From: Candidatus Falkowbacteria bacterium
GTDB lineage: Bacteria > Patescibacteriota > Patescibacteriia > XYB2-FULL-38-15
Length of the DNA stretch: 64,000 bases
Reading direction: 5' to 3'
Assembly (NCBI GenBank): GCA_016214745.1
Contig: JACRNW010000001.1
Location: 67,150-131,149, forward strand
The notes below the pieces were generated by a model. It worked only from the letters and a program-made list of their open reading frames with translations, searched no databases and was not told the origin of the DNA. The translations under genes and the position numbers were made by a program. Below are positions 57,878-64,000 of this stretch, piece after piece. How positions within the stretch are numbered: position 1 is the first letter of the stretch; the number at the start of each line of letters is the position of its first letter.

Positions 57878-58984
57878 ATGGCGAATGGCAACAAGGTCTC
57901 AAGCTCCCTCCAGATTACCGGCCTGAAGCCCGACATCACGGAAGAGAAAATCCGTAGGGCTGTCGGCGAAATCGTCGGAGTGGGGCAGGACGGGATCTCC
58001 AACGTGGATATCCGGCGACGCGAAGATGGCAGGCCCGAGGAGCGAGGCGCGAATGCCGTCGTCGCCTTCAAGGATGTCGCAACGGCGACGGTGGCGAAGG
58101 CGGGACTTGGCGCAGGCAAGCTGTGCAGAATCCCCGACCTGAATCCCGACCGCGAGATCATGGCCGACTTCTACTTTCCTCCGCGGCCGCGCGACGAGAG
58201 GCCGCCGGCCACACCCCCACCCGCCGCACCCTCGATCGATCCGAACCAGCTTACGGCCATTGTGGCCGAACTCGAGGCCAGGCTCAAGGCCGACGCCGGA
58301 TTTCTGGCGAAGGTCAGGGGCAAGGACGGCGTAGCGCCGACGAAGGACGAGATCGTCGCGGCCCTCCGGTCCTTCCTGGTCACCGACCTCAAGGCTGCTC
58401 TGGCCCCGGTGCTGAAGGTTGACCTCAAGAACGACCCGACCTTCCAGGACCTGATCAAGGGCACTCCCGGCAAGGACGGCCCCGCGAAGGATGAAGTCAT
58501 CGCGGCGCTCAAGGCCGACGCCTCCTTCAAGGCGGAAGTCAAGGGCGAGAAGGGCGATGACGCACCCCGGTGGCCTCACTGGGTCTTGGTGGTTTTTGCC
58601 ACCTTGGCGTTCATCGTCATGCTCGGCCACCTCGTCTGCGGAAGCAGCGGCGACCAGGGTCCGCAGGGCGTCCAGGGCCAGGTCGGTCCCCAAGGTCCGC
58701 AAGGGCCCAAGGGCCCGATCGGACCGCGTGGTCCCGAAGGCTCCCAGGGTCCGCAGGGCGAACCCGGAGCCGCGGCGACCACAACGGTCGCACCGGCGCC
58801 GAGCGCGGAGCCGCCCGTCGAACCGGCGGCCACGGCGCCGCCCAGCCAGGCAACGCCGACGGGACGGCCCAACATCACGGAAGTGGATGGGCGCGAGCTC
58901 ATCCGCCACCAGCTGGACGACGTGTCCGTCCTATTCCGTGAGATCGATCGGAGGACCCGGCAACTGGAGGAAGCGCGCCAGTAG
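57878..58984 (+). CDS. membrane-anchored collagen-like (13 x G-X-Y) protein with GKDG...DEIVAAL repeats
   Basis: ATG at 57878 (MANGNK). TM helix [59 protein letters not shown]. Repeated GKDG(V/P)A(P/K)(T)KDE(I/V)(V/I)AAL(R/K) units resemble phage tail-fibre-like repeats. Confidence 0.58.
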   Translation: MANGNKVSSSLQITGLKPDITEEKIRRAVGEIVGVGQDGISNVDIRRREDGRPEERGANAVVAFKDVATATVAKAGLGAGKLCRIPDLNPDREIMADFYFPPRPRDERPPATPPPAAPSIDPNQLTAIVAELEARLKADAGFLAKVRGKDGVAPTKDEIVAALRSFLVTDLKAALAPVLKVDLKNDPTFQDLIKGTPGKDGPAKDEVIAALKADASFKAEVKGEKGDDAPRWPHWVLVVFATLAFIVMLGHLVCGSSGDQGPQGVQGQVGPQGPQGPKGPIGPRGPEGSQGPQGEPGAAATTTVAPAPSAEPPVEPAATAPPSQATPTGRPNITEVDGRELIRHQLDDVSVLFREIDRRTRQLEEARQ

Positions 58985-59010
58985 ACGCGAAGGAGTATCT
59001 ACTGATCCAT

Positions 59011-59061
59011 GGGCGGACGACGTGAGGTGAAGAACCAAACGTCGTCCGCCCGCTTTTTTTA
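59011..59061 (+). terminator. rho-independent terminator closing island 2
   Basis: GGGCGGACGACGtgaggtgaagaaccaaACGTCGTCCGCCC then GCTTTTTTTAT. Confidence 0.65.
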
Positions 59062-59111
59062 TATCAAAAAACGGGCAATGCGCCCGCTTTATATTTTTAA
59101 TCTTCAAACCT

Positions 59112-59504
59112 CTAAATTCCCAACTCTTTCTTTAATTTTTCATAATCATTTTTTGCTTTCTCAAATTCTTCTTCCACTGCGGCCCGATTTCCACCTTTTA
59201 AAAATCCTAAAAACCGACTTAAGAGACTATTGTATTCTTTCAAATTTTTTTCCGCTTTGGCTAGCCGGTATTTGGCAAATTCCAATTTTGCTTTTTGCTC
59301 GTCAGTTAAAACGGAAATAACTGGCGCGGCGTTCGCCTCTACAACCGGTTTAATTCCCGCGGCGGACAAACGGTCTTCCACGGCTTTAATTAGTCGGCTA
59401 GACACTTGATCCAAAAATATTTTTATATTTGGATCCCGGATAACGGTTTGCGCAGTTTGTAAAATTTGATCGGCCATAAAGGGTCTATTCTTTGTTGACG
59501 GCAC
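59112..59504 (-). CDS. hypothetical protein (low GC)
   Basis: 130 aa. No motif recognised. Confidence 0.4.
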   Translation of the reverse strand: MPSTKNRPFMADQILQTAQTVIRDPNIKIFLDQVSSRLIKAVEDRLSAAGIKPVVEANAAPVISVLTDEQKAKLEFAKYRLAKAEKNLKEYNSLLSRFLGFLKGGNRAAVEEEFEKAKNDYEKLKKELGI

Positions 59505-59527
59505 TCGCTCGTCAATAAAAAATCAAA

Positions 59528-62032
59528 TTAAATTCCGTATTTTTTTCTTTCTCTTTGTTCAACGGATTTTATTATCGGCTCAAGTTCTTCTCTGGCCTTC
59601 GCTTCTAACTCCCCCCTGCTCTTTCCTTTATAATCCGGACTTTCTCCAAACTTTTTTACCAACTCGGAAAAAATTCTTCTTCGCTCGTCCGCCAAGGTTT
59701 GCCTGATTATCCGTTCAGTCTCTCTTTTTTTGGCCTCTTCGGGTGTTCTTAATTTTTCTACGGACGGTGCGGCAACCTTAACTTCTTTTTTTGCCGGAGG
59801 TATGATCTCCTCTTTTTTCTCCGCCGATTTTGGGGGTAAAATTATTTCATCCGGCTCAAAAAATCCAAAATAAAATTCTCCACCGCCGTATTTTTGCACG
59901 TCTCTTCCGCCCGGCTTTTTCAAAGTAAGATAAAGTTTCTGGCCGGCTTCAAAATTTTTAGGGACGCTGCGAACAATAACTTTTTTATTATCTGGCGTTA
60001 TAGCCCCCCAATCTCCCTGGGGCGATTTTTCGACAGCCACCCTTATCCGCCGCGGCTCATTATCCAAAAACTTTTTTAATTCCGTTTCGGACCCAGGTTT
60101 AAAATCCGGCGCTAATCTGCCCAATAAATCTCCCAGCGTAACCGTCAATTTTTCCCCGCCCGCTAATTTCAAAAAGAGACTCTTGCGGATTAATCTTCCT
60201 TGCGGCAAACCGGCAAAAATTTTTTCGTCAAGGGTTCCTTTATTTAGGGCTACAAAAAAATTACGATTTTCCGGCGTATAACGAATTACTCCGTCATAGC
60301 CAAGACTCGCCGCGGCCCATTGGCCTTCGCCGCCGATTTTATTTTGCGTATCTACTAAAAATTTCTTGCCGTCTTTAGTGACGACAAACCAATTTTTAGC
60401 TATCAAATCACTGACATCTTCCATCGTTTGCTCTATTACCTTGCGCCGTTCGGCCACATGGTCAACAACTTCTCCGTCTTTCTTTTTATAAATTAAACCA
60501 AATCTTCTCAGGTCTTTTTCATCCAAAATATCCGTAACATCCTTGCCTGATTCGGCAAAACGCAGAAGGGTATCCAAGGTCACAAAAGGAGACTTTAAAA
60601 ATCCCAACATCATCCGGTCGGAGTCTTCAAAATATTTTTCCATATCCGGAAAGCTGAAGTTATCCGACTGCGTTACCCATTCTACGACTTTTTCATATTT
60701 TTCTTGTTCTTTTTCATCTTTAAATTTTAGCAAACCCAACTCCGTTAAAACATTATAAACATTTTTCATAGCCGAAGTGCCACGATCCGAATATGGACCG
60801 TGGTGGTCCATAACCGTAGTAATCTCACTTTTTCGCTCCCCAGTTTTGGGATCTACGGTCTCAGTAGACTCAACCACCAAACCATCTTCATTGCCAGAAT
60901 CAATCGTAACCTGACCCTGCATTTTTTCTCCCGGTGTAAGAAAACCTACTTTACTGATGTCTAATCCTGCCTTTCCCAAAAGCGCAACGGCACATTTACC
61001 ATCCAAATCGGAGTAACGCAGTAAACCTATTTGCTTTTTCTCCTTATCGTATCCAAATCTGCCATGGGTAAACAATTCCCGTGTAGCTAAAAATTTTTTG
61101 GCTGATTCGGCGACCAATTCCCTCTCCGCTCTTTCCCTCGCCTCTTCCGGCTCAATTTTTTCTTTGGCTAAAATTTCTGCCGTTCTTTTTTCCGCGTCTT
61201 CCTCTTTAATTCCCTCCCCGAGAATACTCCTAAATTCTTCCATCTGCACCTTCTGCAATCTTTCTAAGATTGGTTTGCCTTCGCCGTAAGGAAGGCTTAA
61301 AAAGTATTCCCCGAGTCCCAAAACCATTTTATCAATTTCTTCATCGCTAAATTTTTCCGGTGATTTTTTCCGGATTATCTCGTCTAAAAGTTTTTTATGC
61401 GCTTCCTTTTCTTCCGATGAAAATGAAGAAAGAAAATACTGAATATTTTTTTTGGTCAATTCACCAAGCGCGTATTCTCTTAAAATTTTTCTATACCATT
61501 CTTCCGCTGTTTGCTCTGATTTCGCACCAGTCGAGATAGTAATTCCCGGCCTTCTTACAACCTCCACATTTTTTTTCTCATCAACCCATCGCCCTTCTTT
61601 CGGTTCTCTAATTCTTTGAGTCGTAGTTCTTGTACGGGCTATTTTTGCCGGTTCTTGTTTAAGATCTGCTATATCCGCTTTTACCTCCCCCTCTCGAATA
61701 GCTTCAGCGAGTCTTTGATAAGCTTCGTATTCCTCCGCCGAAGGGAAAGTTTTTAAAAAATTAACCAGGGCTTCTTTACTTAGAATACCCTGGTCATATT
61801 TAGTTCGCAAATTAGAATATGTGGCCATTTTTTTGGCCTCTTTTTGTCTTTTCTCTTCTTCCCATTTTTCACCGCCCGCCTCTGCCAATCCCCCTTTCCA
61901 ATCTCTCGATTTTTGGGGGGATTTTTCTGACTTTTTTTCTTCTCGTTCAGCCGCTCGCCTTTCTGCGTCAAGATGAACCAATTTTCCAGATTCGGTTTCT
62001 TCTGCGGCATCTCTTCTGCGAGATTTAGCCAT
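59528..62032 (-). CDS. large Lys/Glu-rich hypothetical protein with a possible DHH-family phosphoesterase core
   Basis: RYSDLDGKCAVALLGKAG (DHH motif I-like) and VMDHHGPYSDRG (DHH motif III) in the middle of 834 aa. Weak. Confidence 0.35.
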   Translation of the reverse strand: MAKSRRRDAAEETESGKLVHLDAERRAAEREEKKSEKSPQKSRDWKGGLAEAGGEKWEEEKRQKEAKKMATYSNLRTKYDQGILSKEALVNFLKTFPSAEEYEAYQRLAEAIREGEVKADIADLKQEPAKIARTRTTTQRIREPKEGRWVDEKKNVEVVRRPGITISTGAKSEQTAEEWYRKILREYALGELTKKNIQYFLSSFSSEEKEAHKKLLDEIIRKKSPEKFSDEEIDKMVLGLGEYFLSLPYGEGKPILERLQKVQMEEFRSILGEGIKEEDAEKRTAEILAKEKIEPEEARERAERELVAESAKKFLATRELFTHGRFGYDKEKKQIGLLRYSDLDGKCAVALLGKAGLDISKVGFLTPGEKMQGQVTIDSGNEDGLVVESTETVDPKTGERKSEITTVMDHHGPYSDRGTSAMKNVYNVLTELGLLKFKDEKEQEKYEKVVEWVTQSDNFSFPDMEKYFEDSDRMMLGFLKSPFVTLDTLLRFAESGKDVTDILDEKDLRRFGLIYKKKDGEVVDHVAERRKVIEQTMEDVSDLIAKNWFVVTKDGKKFLVDTQNKIGGEGQWAAASLGYDGVIRYTPENRNFFVALNKGTLDEKIFAGLPQGRLIRKSLFLKLAGGEKLTVTLGDLLGRLAPDFKPGSETELKKFLDNEPRRIRVAVEKSPQGDWGAITPDNKKVIVRSVPKNFEAGQKLYLTLKKPGGRDVQKYGGGEFYFGFFEPDEIILPPKSAEKKEEIIPPAKKEVKVAAPSVEKLRTPEEAKKRETERIIRQTLADERRRIFSELVKKFGESPDYKGKSRGELEAKAREELEPIIKSVEQRERKKYGI

Positions 62033-62042
62033 ATCTTTAAAA

Positions 62043-62062
62043 ATTTAATGGCGGGTCCGAAG
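62043..62062. repeat. 20-nt direct duplicate of the tRNA-Asp 3' end (cgggtccgaagggatttgaa)
   Basis: Identical to 62181-62200. Sits 138 bp from the intact tRNA end. Confidence 0.7.
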
Positions 62063-62180
62063 GGATTTGAAGACTCCTCGGTGCAATCCTCGGCGCCGCA
62101 AAAAGGATTTAAGGGAGAGTATTCTCTCCAATCTGCTCAATTTGACAAACCAATCGCAAAAGCGATTGCTTTGTCAAAAC

Positions 62181-62256
62181 GGGTCCGAAGGGATTTGAAC
62201 CCTCGATCTTCTCCGTGACAGGGAGACGTGTTAGACCGGGCTACACCACGGACCCA
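62181..62256 (-). tRNA. tRNA-Asp (anticodon GTC)
   Basis: GGGTCCGTGGTGTAGCCCGGTCTAACACGTCTCCCTGTCACGGAGAAGATCGAGGGTTCAAATCCCTTCGGACCCG. 7-bp acceptor, GTGT/ACAC D stem, TCTCC/GGAGA anticodon stem with loop CTGTCAC, T-arm GAGGG-TTCAAAT-CCCTT. CCA is not encoded. Confidence 0.85.
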
Positions 62257-62431
62257 TCTTTATATAAAAAATCAAAAATAAAATATTCTTGATTTATATA
62301 ACTTTACCAGTAAAAATTTTATCTGTCAATGTTTTTTTGATATAAAATGACCCCGGCCTTGGAGCATCTTTGCTCTTCCAGCTCGGGGTCTGGCAGCTAA
62401 ACTGCCGATATCTATGTTCTTCCGCCCTGGA

Positions 62432-62638
62432 CTAGGCGGCTCGTCTTGCCGCAGCGCGGTTGACGTACTGCCGTCCCCGACGCCTCCTTCGGGGCTCCTG
62501 CTTCATGTCCGCGTGGAGGCCGTTGTTCACGACCGCCTCCATGAGCCTCAACGCCCGCCGTTGACGCTTGCAGAAATGCTCCTCCACGATGTTCCCCTCG
62601 TTGTCCCGTACCGTCACCTTCCACTGCGGTCTCGCCAT
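62432..62638 (-). CDS. small basic ORF in high-GC mini-island 3 (hypothetical)
   Basis: MARPQWKVTVRDNEGNIVEEHFCKRQRRALRLMEAVVNNGLHADMKQEPRRRRRGRQY... About 300 bp of ~65 % GC DNA directly 5' of tRNA-Asp. Confidence 0.3.
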   Translation of the reverse strand: MARPQWKVTVRDNEGNIVEEHFCKRQRRALRLMEAVVNNGLHADMKQEPRRRRRGRQYVNRAAARRAA

Positions 62639-62757
62639 TCCTCGATCTCCTTTGGCCTTCCCTCGGCCGGTTTGGGCCCACCCCTCGTGAATGAGCCATA
62701 AACAAAAAGCGACCAATTTCAATCTTAACGTAATATTTGGTCGCCGTCAAGTCTATT

Positions 62758-64000
62758 TTATTTGCTTTTCTTTAATTTTTTCTCTGCCTCTAAAACTCTT
62801 AAAGTCGTCTTCAAAACTGAATCCGGATTTAGAGAAATACTGTCAATTTTATTTTTTACCAAAAATTCCGCAAAGTCGGGAAAATCGGACGGCGCCTGAC
62901 CGCAGATGCCGATCTTTACCTTTTTCTGACGGGCAGTTCTTATAACAGCCTTGATCGCCCGCTTCACGGCTTCATTACGTTCATCAAAAAGACGGCTGAC
63001 CAAACCAGAATCGCGATCCACGCCCAAAATCAGCTGAGTTAAGTCGTTTGAACCGATGCTAAAGCCATCAAAAATTTCGGAAAATTTATCCGCCAAAATT
63101 ACGTTGGACGGTATTTCCACCATCATATAAATTTTTAATGATTTTAATTTCGGTGATTTGCCCAAGCCCGATTCTCTAATCATGGAAACTACTCTTTTGC
63201 CTTCCGGAACCGTGCGGCAAAACGGCACCATCACAATAAGATTATCCAGACCAAAAACTTTGCGAACTTTTTTTATTGCTTCGCATTCCAGAGCGAAAGC
63301 TTTCTCATAATTTTTATCATAATAGCGGGAAGCGCCGCGCCAGCCGAGCATAGGATTCGCTTCTTCGGGCTCAAATCCCGCGCCGCCAATAAGACCGGCG
63401 TATTCATTTGATTTAAAATCTGAAAAACGGACAATCACGGGCTTTGGATAAAAGGCGGCGGCAATTCTTCCCACGCCTTCCGCTAATTTATCCACAAAAA
63501 TTTTGTCTTGTCTTTATACCCGTATGTTAATTTTTCAATTTGATTTTTAACTTTCAACTTTAAATTTTTATTTTTCAATAATGCGAGCGGGTGAATTTTT
63601 ATATAGTTGGAAATAATAAATTCTTCGCGAGCCAAGCCAACTCCATCGTTCGGGATGAATGAAAAATCAAACGCCTGTTCCGGTTCACCAACATTCATCA
63701 TAATTTTCGTTTTCGGCCGCTCTATTTTTTCCAAATTAATTCTTTTAATTTTTACCGGCAGAAGACCGCGATAAATTTTTCCTTCTTCGCCTTCGGCGCA
63801 ACTTACCGTAACTCCTTCGCCATTTTTTAAAATTTTCCGCGCTCCGACCGCTCCAACGACGCAGGGGATTCCGAGTTCTCTTGAAACTATCGCGGCGTGG
63901 CAGGTTCGGCCGCCTGATTCAGTAATGACGGCGCTTGCTTTTTTCATAATCGGCACCCAATCCGGATCAGTCATTTCCGCGACCAAAACCTCGCCGTCTC
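62758..64000 (-). pseudogene. ppsA: phosphoenolpyruvate synthase (PEP-utilising mobile domain plus C-terminal TIM barrel), partial at the window end, frame-broken by a 44-nt insertion
   Basis: GGRTCHAAIVSRELGIPCVVG (phosphohistidine domain) and ...[26 protein letters not shown]...GSNDLTQL (PEP-binding barrel). The frame shift sits at 63452-63495. Confidence 0.7.

Larger units (their letters stand above)
51700..59065. other. high-GC island 2: four gene cassettes, each with an AT-rich promoter and a GC-stem terminator
   Basis: Composition shift by eye. Long antisense ORFs. The intergenic spacers stay AT-rich. Confidence 0.7.

Noticed and set aside
41700-59065. The high-GC blocks as simple contamination or chimeric contig joins
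   Set aside because: Not excluded, but each block is embedded in AT-rich spacers carrying the same promoter architecture as the low-GC genes, and low-GC housekeeping genes resume between blocks. I kept the blocks as findings with this caveat because read-level checks are needed.
1-64000. CRISPR array
   Set aside because: No regularly spaced direct repeats with unique spacers were seen. The repeat structures present are coding tandem repeats, REP hairpins or promoter motifs.

Overview
The window reads as a low-GC bacterial chromosome segment, and the gene content looks Patescibacteria/CPR-like. It contains several glycosyltransferase family 4 and family 2 genes, a DUF2304-like small membrane protein, an S8 protease with FG-GAP repeats, a small GIY-YIG gene remnant, a four-helix-bundle protein and an infC-rpmI-rplT/ssrA-smpB block. 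I could not compute GC exactly; the estimates below are by eye.

From 1 to 41.6 kb there is a surface-glycosylation cluster (GT4/GT2 genes, UDP-sugar epimerase/dehydratase, Wzy-like ligase, radical SAM enzyme). Inside it sits an array of six very large secreted surface-protein genes that share a conserved, uncharacterised ~170-aa domain. It is C-terminal in five of them and N-terminal in one. Two of these loci are each split into two ORFs exactly at the end of a 100 % identical ~145-bp repeat. They also share near-identical 5' signal-peptide ends and independent promoters and terminators. I propose this as a cassette-shuffling or variation system, with assembly error as the main alternative. 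An ECF sigma factor and a putative anti-sigma factor are encoded beside the array.

Three abrupt high-GC blocks (roughly 65-70 % GC versus ~40 % background) interrupt the low-GC DNA.
- Block 1 (41.7-44.6 kb) holds a frameshifted MopE-like cysteine-rich repeat gene.
- Block 2 (51.7-59.1 kb) holds four separately cassetted genes: a secreted Cys/Pro-rich protein, a lipoprotein with thrombospondin type-3 repeats, a Hanks-type Ser/Thr kinase, a Cys-rich coiled-coil protein and a collagen-like protein. Each has an AT-rich TTGACA-17-TAnnnT promoter overlapping a TGTCAA...TTGACA palindrome and a GC-stem/T-run terminator.
- Block 3 (62.4-62.7 kb) is a small high-GC ORF next to tRNA-Asp.

Other features are a REP/RAYT locus (REPtron), two short inverted-repeat-bounded elements (one carrying a degraded GIY-YIG gene), partial 3'-end duplications of both the tmRNA and tRNA-Asp, and a ppsA gene broken by a 44-nt insertion.
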